Both the position numbers and the translations under genes were made by a program. Below, piece by piece: positions 37,600-47,318 of a stretch of DNA of 55,405 nt (its first letter is position 1; the number at the start of each line of letters is the position of its first letter). The DNA comes from Trueperaceae bacterium (GTDB taxonomy: Bacteria > Deinococcota > Deinococci > Deinococcales > Trueperaceae): NCBI GenBank assembly GCA_035654755.1, contig DASRWD010000013.1, positions 1-55,405 on the forward strand. Reading direction: 5' to 3'. Under the pieces are notes generated by a model. It ran no database searches and had not been told where the DNA came from. It saw only the letters and a list, made by a program, of their open reading frames with translations.

Positions 37600-38787
37600 G
37601 TGTCCGGACCCCGTCCATTCACCTGGTTGCTGATGTTCACCCTGGCCCTGACGGCGGTGCTGGCCACTCAGCTCAAGCGCGAAGAGCCGCGCCTCATGCA
37701 CGTGCAGGGGCCACCTCCCGTCGAGGGCCCGCAGGGTGACCTGCTGGATGCGTACCATTCGGCACGCGACGCGGCCGTGCGAATCGAAGCGCGCTGCACC
37801 GAGGGACGTGTAGGAGCGACACTGGGTGTGGGGACGGGTTTCTTCGTGACCTCCGACGGGCTTGTCATGACCGCGTACCACGTCGTCGACCAGAACTCCA
37901 GCCAGCCGTGCGCCAGCCGCCTGGTAGCAGTGACCGCCGCCGAAGAAGAGTTCGAGCTCGATCTGGTGGGCTACGACATCTACATGGACGTCGCTACTCT
38001 TCGCGCCGACGTCGACAGGCTGGTGCCGTACCTTCCGGCCGCGGCCGTCAGCCCGCGGGTGGGCGATCAGGTCGTGGCTATCGGCAACAGCCGTGGTGAC
38101 TTCCTCGCCCCGCGCGCCGGCCGTGTGACGAGGCTCGGAGTCGAGGCGGGTAGAGCGGATTTCGCGAGCGGCACCATCGAGCTGACGAACTCGCTGGCTC
38201 CTGGCGACTCCGGGGGCCCGGTAGTCAACCTGAGCGGCGAGGTCATCGGCGTAGTCAGTTACATAAGCTTCAACCCGTCGGCGATGACGTCGCAGGACTG
38301 GGTGCCGCCCTATCTGCGCGGTGCGAGGCTGCCCAGCTCGTACGCGAGCTACGCGGTACCGCTTCAGCGCGACAGCGACCTCTTCCAGGCCGTGCTCGAC
38401 GGCGAGCGCAAGGACGTGCCCGTCATCGGATTCACCTGGACGCCGGGCCTCGATTACGACCCCAACGAGGCGCCTTACTACCTGGGCGCCAGGCCGGGTC
38501 CTATCGTGGACCGCGTCCAGAGCGGTGGACCGGCAGACCTGGCCGGCCTCAAGAGCATGACGCAGGAGCGCCTCGAAGGTCCGGATGGGTCCGTCAGGAT
38601 GGTCCCGAAGGCCGACGTGATCGTTGCCGTCGACGGCCGCGCGACTCCTACCTTCTACGACCTCCTCGCCGAGGTGAGGATCAAGGAGATCGGCCAGACG
38701 ATCGTGCTGACCGTGCAGCGTGGCAGTGCGACGTTCCGGGTCGAGTTGACCCTGGGTGCGCGGCGCGACGTCTTCGCTGGCGAGTGA
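37600..38787 (+). CDS. S1C (HtrA/DegP-like) trypsin-type serine protease with C-terminal PDZ domain
   Basis: N-terminal TM/signal sequence. TAYHVV (His), DVATLRAD (Asp) and GDSGGPV (Ser) catalytic motifs. PDZ-like GGPADLAGLK region. Confidence 0.85.
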   Translation: MSGPRPFTWLLMFTLALTAVLATQLKREEPRLMHVQGPPPVEGPQGDLLDAYHSARDAAVRIEARCTEGRVGATLGVGTGFFVTSDGLVMTAYHVVDQNSSQPCASRLVAVTAAEEEFELDLVGYDIYMDVATLRADVDRLVPYLPAAAVSPRVGDQVVAIGNSRGDFLAPRAGRVTRLGVEAGRADFASGTIELTNSLAPGDSGGPVVNLSGEVIGVVSYISFNPSAMTSQDWVPPYLRGARLPSSYASYAVPLQRDSDLFQAVLDGERKDVPVIGFTWTPGLDYDPNEAPYYLGARPGPIVDRVQSGGPADLAGLKSMTQERLEGPDGSVRMVPKADVIVAVDGRATPTFYDLLAEVRIKEIGQTIVLTVQRGSATFRVELTLGARRDVFAGE

Positions 38788-38861
38788 CCCGGAACCGCTT
38801 CACCCTGGTCCCCACCGTCGCGATCCCGTACCAGGGCGGTCCGGTATCAACGAGATAGACG

Positions 38862-38887
38862 GGCGCGCTCCGATCGCGGGGCGCGCC
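38862..38887. terminator. 10-bp GC hairpin between the htrA-like gene and tRNA-Ile; candidate bidirectional terminator
   Basis: GGCGCGCUCC-GAUCGC-GGGGCGCGCC, followed by the pyrimidine-rich UCUGGCGUUCUGCUGUCUCU. Confidence 0.35.
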
Positions 38888-38909
38888 TCTGGCGTTCTGC
38901 TGTCTCTCG

Positions 38910-38986
38910 TGGTGGGCGATGGTGGACTCGAACCACCGACCTCGTCGTTATCAGCGACGCGCTCTAACCAGCTGAGCTAATCGCCC
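38910..38986 (-). tRNA. tRNA-Ile (anticodon GAU), CCA encoded
   Basis: Hand-folded cloverleaf: GGGCGAT/ATCGCCC acceptor stem, GCTC/GAGC D stem, CGTCG-CTGATAA-CGACG anticodon arm, and GGTGG-TTCGAGT-CCACC T arm. 77 nt, ending in ACCA. Confidence 0.95.
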
Positions 38987-38990
38987 TCAC

Positions 38991-39008
38991 CTGCTGCCGA
39001 AGCAGCAG
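38991..39008 (-). other. perfect 7-bp hairpin with UUCG tetraloop in the predicted tRNA-Ile 5' leader
   Basis: Minus strand reads CUGCUGC-UUCG-GCAGCAG and ends 4 nt before the tRNA 5' end. Confidence 0.5.
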
Positions 39009-39013
39009 ACGCG

Positions 39014-39043
39014 AGTCTATCACGCAGTGTCTAACGTGGACAA
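39014..39043 (-). promoter_or_regulatory. candidate tRNA-Ile promoter TTGTCC-N18-TAGACT with TGn extension
   Basis: -35 at 39043..39038 and -10 at 39019..39014, preceded by TGA. Confidence 0.45.
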
Positions 39044-39090
39044 GGTAGCGCGACCCAGGACCGTCGGCCCCACCGTTATCATCGGGTCGC

Positions 39091-40113
39091 ATGGTCGAAC
39101 GACTACTTCTCGCCAAGCCACGCGGGTTCTGCGCAGGCGTGGTCATGGCGATCAAAGCCGTTGAAGAGGAGGCCGAGGCCGCCCGGGAGCGCGGGGAGGG
39201 TGGCATCGCGGTCTATCACGACATCGTTCACAACAAGACGGTCGTATCTCGCCTCGAGCAGGGGCACGGCGTCACCTTCGTCGAGGACCTCGAAGACCTG
39301 GACGAGGTCAGACTGAAGGCACACGGGAGCGGCCGGAAGGTCGGACACACGGTCGTGTTCAGCGCCCACGGCGTAAGCCCCGCAGTGCGCCGTCGGGCAG
39401 AGGAGCTGAAGCTAGCTACCGTCGACGCGACCTGCCCGCTCGTGACGAAGGTGCACAACGAGGCCAAACGCTACGCCGACAAGGGGTTCCACATCCTGCT
39501 GGTCGGCGACTCCATGTCGCACCAGGAGGTCATCGGCACGCGCGGCGAAGCGCCCGACCGGACGACGGTCGTCTCGGTCGTCGGCAATCGCGACCACGAC
39601 CCGGACCTGGCAGACCCGGCAACGGTCGAGGTGCCGGACCCGGACCGCGTCGTGGTCCTGACACAGACCACCCTCTCGGTCGACGACACGATGCGCACGA
39701 TCGAAGTCCTCAGGCGTCGGTTCCCGAACCTCGTCGTGCCGCCGTCCGATGACCTTTGCTTCGCCACGAAGAACCGCCAGGACGCGGTCAGGCAGATCGC
39801 GGCTCGCGTCGACCTCTTCCTCGTCGTCACGAGCGCGGCCTCGTCGAACGGCATGCGCCTGGTAGAGCTGGCACAGGACATCACGGGCAACGCCGAACGC
39901 ATCGAGTCCGTATCGGACATCCAGGACGAGTGGCTTGCGGGCGTCAGCGCCGTGGGCGTGACGTCGGCCGCCAGCACGCCTGACGACCTAGTACAGGACG
40001 TCGTCGAGTACTTCAGGAAGCGCAACCCCCGGCTGGCGATCGTAGAGGAGGGCGAGTGGGAGGACATCAGGTTCCGCAAGCCGCGCCGCGCCGAGCCGGT
40101 GACCGCTACGTGA
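39091..40113 (+). CDS. ispH: 4-hydroxy-3-methylbut-2-enyl diphosphate reductase
   Basis: [23 protein letters not shown] and [11 protein letters not shown] motifs. TATCAT lies 8 nt upstream. Confidence 0.95.
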   Translation: MVERLLLAKPRGFCAGVVMAIKAVEEEAEAARERGEGGIAVYHDIVHNKTVVSRLEQGHGVTFVEDLEDLDEVRLKAHGSGRKVGHTVVFSAHGVSPAVRRRAEELKLATVDATCPLVTKVHNEAKRYADKGFHILLVGDSMSHQEVIGTRGEAPDRTTVVSVVGNRDHDPDLADPATVEVPDPDRVVVLTQTTLSVDDTMRTIEVLRRRFPNLVVPPSDDLCFATKNRQDAVRQIAARVDLFLVVTSAASSNGMRLVELAQDITGNAERIESVSDIQDEWLAGVSAVGVTSAASTPDDLVQDVVEYFRKRNPRLAIVEEGEWEDIRFRKPRRAEPVTAT

Positions 40114-41153
40114 CGCCGCCTATTCCGCTCGTCCCACGACCCCGCATCTCCGTCGCGCCCATGATGGCCCTGACGGACCGGCACTTCAGACGAATGGCGC
40201 GCTTGCTGTCGCGTGACGTCCTCCTGTACACCGAGATGGTGACGGCCAAGGCGGTGGTACATGGCGTGCGGGAGAGGCTCCTCGCCCGCACGCCCGAGGA
40301 GGGCGCCGTCGTTCTGCAGCTAGGGGGTTCCGAGCCCGGCGAGCTCCTGGAAGCTGCCCGGGCCGGAGCCGACGCCGGATTCCAAGAGGTCAACCTCAAC
40401 GTTGGCTGCCCTTCCGACAGGGTCAGGAGCGGGAGCTTCGGCGCCTGCCTGATGGCGGAGCCCAGGCTGGTTGGCGAGTGCCTCGCCGCGATGGCGCAGG
40501 GCGGGTTGCCGGTCAGCGTCAAGCACCGGATCGGCATCGACCTCACCGACCGCTACGAGGACATGCTGCGCTTCGTGGACGTCGTTGACAGGTCTTCCGG
40601 GGGCGTGAGCAGGGCGTACACGGTCCACGCCCGCAAGGCCTGGTTGAAGGGGCTCTCGCCGAAGGAGAACCGCTCGGTCCCGCCTCTGCGCTACGGCGAG
40701 GTGTACAGGCTCAAGCGCGACCGGCCCGACCTGTGGATCGAGCTGAACGGCGGCGTGGCGGACGTTCCCGAGGCTCTAGAGCACCTCGAACAGGTGGACG
40801 GCGTGATGATCGGTAGAGCGTTCTACGAGGACCCTACCCTCCTGGCGGCGGTGGACCCGGCGCTCTCAGGCATCAGGCGCAGCGTGACCCGTAGGGCAGT
40901 CGTCGAGGCGATGATCGATTACGCGGTCGAGGAGACCGGCCGCGGCACGCCGCTGGCGCCGATAGCCAGGCACATGCTCAACCTCTTCAAGGGCGTACCG
41001 GGAGCGAGGACATGGCGCCGGATCATCACGGAGGGTGCCCACCTGCCGGGCGCGGGGCCCGAGCTGGTGCTGCGGGCACTCAGGGCTGTGCCGGACGAGG
41101 TGCTCGACGCCACGCTCACGGGAGTGGGCATGCGGACCGTCGTCGCGGCGTAA
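40110..41153 (+). CDS. dusA: tRNA dihydrouridine(20/20a) synthase DusA
   Basis: [23 protein letters not shown] and VKHRIG motifs. GTG 40110 overlaps the ispH stop (GTGA). Confidence 0.9.
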   Translation: MTPPIPLVPRPRISVAPMMALTDRHFRRMARLLSRDVLLYTEMVTAKAVVHGVRERLLARTPEEGAVVLQLGGSEPGELLEAARAGADAGFQEVNLNVGCPSDRVRSGSFGACLMAEPRLVGECLAAMAQGGLPVSVKHRIGIDLTDRYEDMLRFVDVVDRSSGGVSRAYTVHARKAWLKGLSPKENRSVPPLRYGEVYRLKRDRPDLWIELNGGVADVPEALEHLEQVDGVMIGRAFYEDPTLLAAVDPALSGIRRSVTRRAVVEAMIDYAVEETGRGTPLAPIARHMLNLFKGVPGARTWRRIITEGAHLPGAGPELVLRALRAVPDEVLDATLTGVGMRTVVAA

Positions 41154-41178
41154 CCGGTGGTCTCGGACGGCTCCGTTC

Positions 41179-41195
41179 GGTTCGCCAAGCGAACC
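41179..41195. terminator. 7-bp hairpin GGTTCGC-CAA-GCGAACC between convergent dusA and the acyl-CoA dehydrogenase gene
   Basis: Perfect inverted repeat seen in the sequence. No U-tract. Confidence 0.3.
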
Positions 41196-41202
41196 CCGAA
41201 CC

Positions 41203-42390
41203 TCAGGCGCCCACCGAGCGCAGGAGGTCCCGCGCGATTATCAGGTGCTGGATCTCGTCCGTGCCCTCGCCGATGCGTGTGAGCCTGGCGTCGCGCCAGT
41301 ACCGTTCCACCGGGTAGTCCTTGGTGTATCCGTACCCGCCGAGCACCTGGATCGCGGCGTCGCACGCGGCCACCCCCGCGACACTGCCCTTCAGTTTCGC
41401 CATCGCCGCAGCCGCGGTGTGCTCCCGGCCGGCGTCGCGGAGCGCAGCCGCCTTGCGCACCAGCAGGCGCGCGGCCTCCAGCTCGGTCGCCATGTCGGCG
41501 AGCATGAACGAGACGGCCTGGTGCCTGGCGATCGGCTTGCCGAACTGACGGCGCTCGACCGCGTAGGCGAGCGCGACCTCCAGGGCCGCCCTGCCGAGTC
41601 CGATGCCCATGGCGCCGATTCCTATGCGGCCGCCGGTCAGCACGTGCGACACGTCGGCGAAGGCCTCGCCCTCGTCGCCCAGCAGGTTCGCAGCCGGCAC
41701 GCGCATCGAGTCGAAGGTGAGCGGCGTGGTGTCGGAGCTTGACAGCCCCAGCTTCTTCTCGGGCCTCCCACGCTCGAGGCCGGCGGTGTCTCCGTCCACC
41801 ACGAACGCGCTGATCCCGTGGGAGCGCTCGCGCCCCTCGGCAGGCTCGGAGGTCCGAGCCATGACGACGTAAGTGCCGGCCACCGTCCCCTGCGTGATGA
41901 AGACCTTGCTCCCGTCAACGACGTAGCCGTCGTCTTCCAAGCTGGCGCGGGTGCGCAGCGAGGCGGCGTCCGAGCCGGCGGTCGGTTCGGTCAGGCACCA
42001 GGCGCCCAGCCGCTCGGCCCTCGCCAGCGGCGGGATCCACTGTTCCGCTTGCTCCTCGCTCGCTGTCGTCATGAGGTGGCCGAGGCAGAGGGAGTTGTGG
42101 GACGCGACGGTCAGGGCGAGGGACCCGTCGAACGCGGCGACCTCCTCGATCACGAGGGCGGCGGTCTGCGTGTCGAGGCCCGATCCGCCGAGGCGCTCAG
42201 GGACCTGTAGCCCGAAGAGGCCGAGCTCGCCAAGGCGACTCACCAGCTCATGGGGGAACTCGCCGGACTCGTCGCGCTCGGCGGCGCCAGGAGCCACCTC
42301 CTCTCTGAGCAGGTCGCGCAGCGGTCCCAATAGCGCTCTCTGGTCTGCGGTCAGGTCGAACCATGTCAGTCCGGCTGCGGCGTCGGTCAT
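41203..42390 (-). CDS. acyl-CoA dehydrogenase family protein
   Basis: ACAD N-terminal, middle and C-terminal pattern, including [14 protein letters not shown] and [30 protein letters not shown]. Confidence 0.9.
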   Translation of the reverse strand: MTDAAAGLTWFDLTADQRALLGPLRDLLREEVAPGAAERDESGEFPHELVSRLGELGLFGLQVPERLGGSGLDTQTAALVIEEVAAFDGSLALTVASHNSLCLGHLMTTASEEQAEQWIPPLARAERLGAWCLTEPTAGSDAASLRTRASLEDDGYVVDGSKVFITQGTVAGTYVVMARTSEPAEGRERSHGISAFVVDGDTAGLERGRPEKKLGLSSSDTTPLTFDSMRVPAANLLGDEGEAFADVSHVLTGGRIGIGAMGIGLGRAALEVALAYAVERRQFGKPIARHQAVSFMLADMATELEAARLLVRKAAALRDAGREHTAAAAMAKLKGSVAGVAACDAAIQVLGGYGYTKDYPVERYWRDARLTRIGEGTDEIQHLIIARDLLRSVGA

Positions 42391-42457
42391 GGTCCTAAGT
42401 ATTGTCGGCGGCCTCTGCCATCGTGCCTACGTGAGCGCTGCTGGTACACTCCGCCGC

Positions 42458-42844
42458 ATGGAATCGCGGCCCTACTGGCTGAGGGGAGTGCGAGGCGCCA
42501 CCACCGTGGCCGCGGACGAGCCGAGCCTGATACTCGAAGCGACTCGCGAGCTCCTCACCGCGATGCTCGAGGCGAACGGCATCGATGACTTCGACGTGAT
42601 CGCAGCGATCTTCTTCACCACCACGCAGGACCTCACCTCGACCTTCCCGGCAGAGGCCGCGCGCGAGCTGGGGATGAACATGGTCCCGCTGCTGTGCAAC
42701 CAGGAGATACCAGTACCGGGGCGGCTGAAGCGCTGCGTCAGGGTCATGATGCAGGTGAACACGCGTCGTTCACAGGCCGAGATGGTGCATGTCTACCAAC
42801 GCGAGGCCCGGTCGCTTAGGCCGGACCTGGTCAGCGCTCAATGA
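42458..42844 (+). CDS. aroH: AroH-type monofunctional chorismate mutase
   Basis: LRGVRGATTV...IAAIFFTTTQDLT...VRVMM motifs. ATG lies 7 nt after TGgTACACT. The upstream part of track ORF 41951..42844 is antisense to the ACAD gene. Confidence 0.85.
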   Translation: MESRPYWLRGVRGATTVAADEPSLILEATRELLTAMLEANGIDDFDVIAAIFFTTTQDLTSTFPAEAARELGMNMVPLLCNQEIPVPGRLKRCVRVMMQVNTRRSQAEMVHVYQREARSLRPDLVSAQ

Positions 42845-42962
42845 ACGACTGCTCCAGTCGGCGAACGCCGATGAAGCGCTAGCTGAACGAGGGCGCGCCA
42901 CACCCGTTCTTGGAGGAGGGTGAGGCGCGCTTCACCTGGAAGTGATTGTCGAAGGTTACAAG

Positions 42963-43079
42963 TCAGCGAACGCGGTTGAGCGGCTTGATCCGCGTGTTGT
43001 GGGCAGCCTTGGCGCTGCGGACCACGCTCGCGATCCGGTCTTGGTTGAGCTGTCTGATCTGCTCGATCGAGTAGAACAT
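42963..43079 (-). CDS. unannotated small basic protein, 38 aa (MFYSIEQIRQLNQDRIASVVRSAKAAHNTRIKPLNRVR)
   Basis: Translated by hand. ATG lies 6 nt after GGAGG. 33 of the 37 post-ATG codons end in G/C, although the flanking DNA is AT-richer. It has its own consensus promoter. Confidence 0.5.
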   Translation of the reverse strand: MFYSIEQIRQLNQDRIASVVRSAKAAHNTRIKPLNRVR

Positions 43080-43098
43080 AGGCCACCTCCTATGAACA

Positions 43099-43127
43099 AG
43101 TATAGAAAGCAACCTCATCTCTGTCAA
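43099..43127 (-). promoter_or_regulatory. near-perfect sigma-70 promoter TTGACA-N17-TATACT
   Basis: -35 at 43127..43122 and -10 at 43104..43099. The predicted TSS is about 13 nt upstream of ATG 43079. Confidence 0.6.
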
Positions 43128-43188
43128 TAGGCCGTGACCGATATAGCAGTGATGCTCCGGAGCCGACTGATCTCCGTTCGCCAGGGGG

Positions 43189-44250
43189 TCAGCCGACCAG
43201 CGACCGCTGTAGCTCGTCTATGACGCCGCGAACGGCCTGCTCGTCCAGGTGGTAGTAGGAGCGGTTGCCCTTCTTCGTGACCTGTACCAGCCCCATCTCC
43301 TTGAGCAGCTTCAAGTGCCCGCTGGTTGTCGGCTGGCTGACGCCGACCTGCGTCGCGAGGTCGCCGACGGTGAGCGGGAACTGCGACAACCGGCCTATGA
43401 GCACCATCAGCAGCAGACGGGTAGGGTCACTGAACGCCTTGAGCTTGCCCGCGAGCTCCGAGAGCTCCGATTGCTGCTTGGCGAAAAGGCTCTCGGCGTG
43501 CACGCCGTAGCCCACGTAGTCCACGCCGCCGAAGTCGAGGTGGAACCCTCCCTGGGAGGCGAAGTAGAGCGGTACGACGACGAAGCGACCACCCTCCTCC
43601 TGCGCCGTCCTGAAAGCGTCGGCAGCCCCCTCGAACCGCACGAAGTGGTGCTCCGGCAGGGCCGAGAGCAGGTCACCCGTCAACTGGACCTCGGCTTCCA
43701 GGTCGCGGCCGGCGGCCTCGCTGACGGACCTGCCCTCCCGGTCCCATGCCGGCTGGAGGAACGCCCACAGCGACGTTAGCGCCTCCTTGATCCCGGCGGC
43801 GACCTCCGGTCGGCTCAGCAGCTCGAGCTGAGATTCCAGCTTCTCGTACGTCTTGTCGCGATCCTCGGGGCTATCGGCGTCCAGGTCCTCGACGATCTGC
43901 GACAGCCCGTCGAGGACGCGGCGCGGCAGGGCGGGGAAGTCCGCGAGGAACCTGTCCGGGGTGCCGTCGAGCGCGTAGCCGAGGCTGCAGGCCGTGAGCA
44001 GCAACTCGTGGCCCAGCGCCATGACCTCGACCTGATGCCATGAACGCCTTATCGTTTCGACGCTGGCGGAGCCGTTCTCCCTCAGCTGCCGCACCCACGG
44101 GAGCTCACCGTCGCGGTCCCGGTCCAGCCGGCGCTTCAGGTAGTAGTAGGCGTAGAGCAGCTCGAGAACCGGGGCTGGCGTGACGATCAGCCGCCGCCTT
44201 CCCACGAGGGGAGCGGAGAACGAGAGGATCGCGTCTTCGTTCATTGGCAC
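43189..44250 (-). CDS. ArsR-family winged-helix regulator with ~250-aa N-terminal domain of unknown function
   Basis: C-terminal [16 protein letters not shown]...[30 protein letters not shown] is an ArsR HTH. GTG lies 6 nt after TATCAT. Confidence 0.75.
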   Translation of the reverse strand: MPMNEDAILSFSAPLVGRRRLIVTPAPVLELLYAYYYLKRRLDRDRDGELPWVRQLRENGSASVETIRRSWHQVEVMALGHELLLTACSLGYALDGTPDRFLADFPALPRRVLDGLSQIVEDLDADSPEDRDKTYEKLESQLELLSRPEVAAGIKEALTSLWAFLQPAWDREGRSVSEAAGRDLEAEVQLTGDLLSALPEHHFVRFEGAADAFRTAQEEGGRFVVVPLYFASQGGFHLDFGGVDYVGYGVHAESLFAKQQSELSELAGKLKAFSDPTRLLLMVLIGRLSQFPLTVGDLATQVGVSQPTTSGHLKLLKEMGLVQVTKKGNRSYYHLDEQAVRGVIDELQRSLVG

Positions 44251-44316
44251 AGGCCGATGATAACAGCCGGAGCGCGGCCGGGACGTGCGCGACCCGGCAG
44301 ATGGACGACTCTCGGC

Positions 44317-44601
44317 CTAGTCCTCCCACTCGCTGACGCGCAGCAGGTCGCCACCGTCACACACGGCGTTGGTCACCTTGTGGGACCGGTTCATCGTGAC
44401 CTCGAGAGTGGCGTTGTCAAGGCTCTTGGGCCCGACCAACGCCTTGCGCACGAAGTAACCGCCGCCCGTGAGGCTCATCTCGGATGTCTTCGACAGGCGC
44501 ACCCTGATCACCTCGCCGTGCGCGTCGGTCCTGACCTGGCAGAGCAGGAAGTTCCCGTCTTCTCGGAAGCGCGGGTCTTGACGTCGGAAGAGGCCGAACA
44601 T
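44317..44601 (-). CDS. hypothetical protein (94 aa)
   Basis: Track ORF. ATG lies 6 nt after TAGACT (leaderless-type start). No motif recognised. Confidence 0.5.
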   Translation of the reverse strand: MFGLFRRQDPRFREDGNFLLCQVRTDAHGEVIRVRLSKTSEMSLTGGGYFVRKALVGPKSLDNATLEVTMNRSHKVTNAVCDGGDLLRVSEWED

Positions 44602-44607
44602 GAGAGC

Positions 44608-44626
44608 AGTCTAGCGTTGCTATGCT
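44608..44626. promoter_or_regulatory. face-to-face -10 boxes in the 36-nt divergent spacer (TAGACT minus; TGcTATGCT plus)
   Basis: TAGACT at 44613..44608 lies 6 nt from ATG 44601. TATGCT at 44621..44626 lies 11 nt from ATG 44638. Confidence 0.4.
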
Positions 44627-44637
44627 CGCGCGAGTCC

Positions 44638-46149
44638 ATGGCACGTCTACTGAGCGCCGATCCCGAAGGCATCGCCAGCGCGGCAGAGCACCTTGGGTCC
44701 GGCGGACTCGTGGCGTTCCCGACCGAGACCGTGTATGGCCTGGGCGCGTCGGCGACGGACGTCGATGCCGTGAGACGTGTGTTCGCCGCCAAAGGCCGGC
44801 CGGCCGACCATCCCCTGATCGTCCACCTACCCGACGCGAGCTGGCTGTGGCGCTGGGCTGACAGGGAGGCGCTCCAGCGGGACGTGGTCGACGTGGTCGA
44901 GGACCTGGTAGCGGCTTTCTGGCCCGGTCCACTCACCCTGGTGCTCCCGGCCCGCGACGACGTCCCGCGCGTGGTAACGGGTGGCCAGGACACCGTCGCC
45001 GTCCGGGTGCCCGCCGACCCCGTGGCGGCGAGGCTGCTCGGAGCGTTCGGCGGGGCGCTCGTCGCCCCTTCGGCCAACCGCTTCGGAGCAGTCAGTCCCA
45101 CCCTTCCGCGACACGTGATGACCGAGTTCGCCGACCGCTCCGACATCCTCGTGCTCGAAGGCGGGCGCACGCGCCATGGGCTGGAGTCGACGATCGTCGA
45201 CCTCTCGACCGGCGAGGCGACGTTGTTGCGACCGGGAGCGCTTCCTCTGGAGGCGCTCGAGGCGCGGGTGCGCATCGGACCGGCCGCGAAGGGCTCGCCG
45301 CGTGCACCGGGCACCTTGTCGCGCCACTACGCGCCGCGGACGCCGCTCCGGGTCGTGAAAGGCGAGGAGCTGATGGGCCTCTTCGGGGATCGGACGGGCG
45401 TCATAGGCCGCCGCATGCCGGAGAAGGACGTCGACCACGCGCCGTTCGCTGGCGACGGACCCGTGACGGATGGCTCGCGCTGGCTGGTGCTCGCCGACGA
45501 CCCGGCCGGCTTCGCGAGGGACCTTTACGCCGCTGTCCGTCATCTGGACGCGTTGGGTTTGGAGGAGATTCTGGTGGAGGAGGCCGGTGAAGGCGATGAG
45601 TGGCTGGCGGTGAGGGACAGGTTGTCACGCGCTACGGGTCGGGACGCCGCCCGTCCGCTGGTAGCTGTGGTCATGGGCAGCGCCAGCGACTGGGAGACGA
45701 TGCGCCACGCGGACGAGGTCCTGAACCGGTTCGAGGTGCCTCACGTGTGCCGCGTCGTTTCGGCCCACAGGACGCCGCACCGGCTCGCCAGCTTCGCGCT
45801 GGGCGCAGCCGATGCCGGGATCGAGGTGATAGTCGCCGGCGCCGGCGGAGCGGCGCACCTGCCCGGCATGATCGCGGCCCACACCCACCTGCCGGTGCTG
45901 GGTGTGCCGGTAAGGAGTTCGGCCCTTTCCGGGATGGACTCCCTGCTGTCGGTGGTGCAGATGCCGCGGGGAGTGCCAGTCGGGACGCTCGCGATAGGGG
46001 AGGCCGGTGCCGTGAACGCGGCCTTGCTCGCCGTGTCGATCCTGGCCCTGGACCGTGTGGACCTGAGGGAGCGACTGCTCCGGTACCGCGAGGAACAGAC
46101 GGAGCAGGCGGCCGCCGCCACGCTGCCCACGGAGAGCTTCGAGCCGTGA
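44638..46149 (+). CDS. fusion protein: L-threonylcarbamoyladenylate synthase (Sua5/TsaC, YrdC+Sua5 domains) fused in frame to N5-CAIR mutase PurE
   Basis: N-terminal half carries [29 protein letters not shown] and the Sua5 C-domain. With no stop codon intervening, it continues into [16 protein letters not shown]...VVSAHRTP...[10 protein letters not shown] (PurE). Confidence 0.85.
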   Translation: MARLLSADPEGIASAAEHLGSGGLVAFPTETVYGLGASATDVDAVRRVFAAKGRPADHPLIVHLPDASWLWRWADREALQRDVVDVVEDLVAAFWPGPLTLVLPARDDVPRVVTGGQDTVAVRVPADPVAARLLGAFGGALVAPSANRFGAVSPTLPRHVMTEFADRSDILVLEGGRTRHGLESTIVDLSTGEATLLRPGALPLEALEARVRIGPAAKGSPRAPGTLSRHYAPRTPLRVVKGEELMGLFGDRTGVIGRRMPEKDVDHAPFAGDGPVTDGSRWLVLADDPAGFARDLYAAVRHLDALGLEEILVEEAGEGDEWLAVRDRLSRATGRDAARPLVAVVMGSASDWETMRHADEVLNRFEVPHVCRVVSAHRTPHRLASFALGAADAGIEVIVAGAGGAAHLPGMIAAHTHLPVLGVPVRSSALSGMDSLLSVVQMPRGVPVGTLAIGEAGAVNAALLAVSILALDRVDLRERLLRYREEQTEQAAAATLPTESFEP

Positions 46150-47318
46150 CGTCGATCCTGCCCGGAGCCACGATCGGCGTCGTAGGCGGCGGGCAGCTAG
46201 GGCGCATGCTGGGGCTGGCCGCGAGGCGTCTCGGGTACGGCTTCCACGTCTTGGCACCGGGTGAACGTCCGCCGGCGGCCGCCGGCGCCGACCGTCACGT
46301 CGCCGCAGACCTGGACGATGCCGACGCGATGCGCAGGTTCGCTTCAGCGGTCGACGTCGTCACGTTCGAGTTCGAGAACGTCTCGAGCACTGCGCTGGCG
46401 GCCGCCCTGCACGAGGCACCGGTCAGGCCATCACCGCGCGCCCTTCACTTGACCCAGCATCGCGGGCGCGAGAAGGCGTTCCTCCTGAGCGAGGACATCC
46501 CGACGGCACCGTTCCGGCTGGTCGACGACGCGACGGCGCTCACGGGGGCCGTAGAGGAGCTAGGCACGCCGTGCGTCGTGAAGACCGCAGGCTTCGGCTA
46601 CGACGGCAAGGGGCAGGTGGTCGTCGAGGAGCTCGGGTCGGTGCGCGCCGCCGCGATAGAGCTGGCGGGAGAAGGCGCGTTGGTCGTCGAGCGTCTGATC
46701 GACCTGGCGGCAGAGCTGTCCGTGCTCGTCGCGCGCTCCTGGTCCGGCGAGACCGTGACGTACGCGCCCTTCGTCAACCGGCATAGCGGGCAGGTGCTCG
46801 ACGTCGCCCTCGCGCCGTTCATGGATCCGGGCTCGGCCTGGGGGCCGGTCTCGGCAGAGGTCGCGAGCGACGCGCGTGTGCTGGCCGAGAGGGTCGCCGT
46901 CGCGCTCGATCTCGTCGGCGTCTGTTGCGTCGAGTTCTTCCTGTCGAGGAACGGTGAGTTGCTCGTCAACGAGATCGCGCCTCGGCCTCACAACTCGGGG
47001 CACCTGACCATCGAGGCCGCGGCGACGAGCCAGTTCGAGCAACAGTTGAGGGCCGTCTGTGGGCTGCCTCTCGGTTCGCCCCAGCTCGTGGCGCCCGCCG
47101 CGATGGCCAACCTTCTGGGCGATATCTGGCGTGAGGGCTCGCAACCTGACTTCGCAGCGGCCCTACGCGTCCCGGGGGTGGCCCTGCACCTCTATGGCAA
47201 GTCGGAGGCGCGTCCGGGTCGCAAGATGGGACACCTCACCGCCACAGCTGCCAGCGTAGACGCAGCCGAGGAACTGGTGCTCACCGCCAGGGCGGCGCTG
47301 GTAGGCGAGAGCGGTTAG
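46146..47318 (+). CDS. purK: N5-carboxyaminoimidazole ribonucleotide synthase
   Basis: [13 protein letters not shown]...[17 protein letters not shown]-grasp motifs and the C-terminal HLYGK...GRKMGH motif. GTG overlaps the upstream stop (GTGA). Confidence 0.9.
   Translation: MTSILPGATIGVVGGGQLGRMLGLAARRLGYGFHVLAPGERPPAAAGADRHVAADLDDADAMRRFASAVDVVTFEFENVSSTALAAALHEAPVRPSPRALHLTQHRGREKAFLLSEDIPTAPFRLVDDATALTGAVEELGTPCVVKTAGFGYDGKGQVVVEELGSVRAAAIELAGEGALVVERLIDLAAELSVLVARSWSGETVTYAPFVNRHSGQVLDVALAPFMDPGSAWGPVSAEVASDARVLAERVAVALDLVGVCCVEFFLSRNGELLVNEIAPRPHNSGHLTIEAAATSQFEQQLRAVCGLPLGSPQLVAPAAMANLLGDIWREGSQPDFAAALRVPGVALHLYGKSEARPGRKMGHLTATAASVDAAEELVLTARAALVGESG

Noticed and set aside
42942-43130. 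62-aa plus-strand ORF in the aroH/ArsR spacer
   Set aside because: It has no Shine-Dalgarno or -10 box. It lies antisense to the 38-aa ORF, which has a consensus promoter, GGAGG and GC3 bias.
45600-46145. Upstream extension of the purK ORF (572-aa track ORF)
   Set aside because: It overlaps the PurE-coding part of the fusion gene out of frame. The purK GGGQLGRM motif follows GTG 46146.
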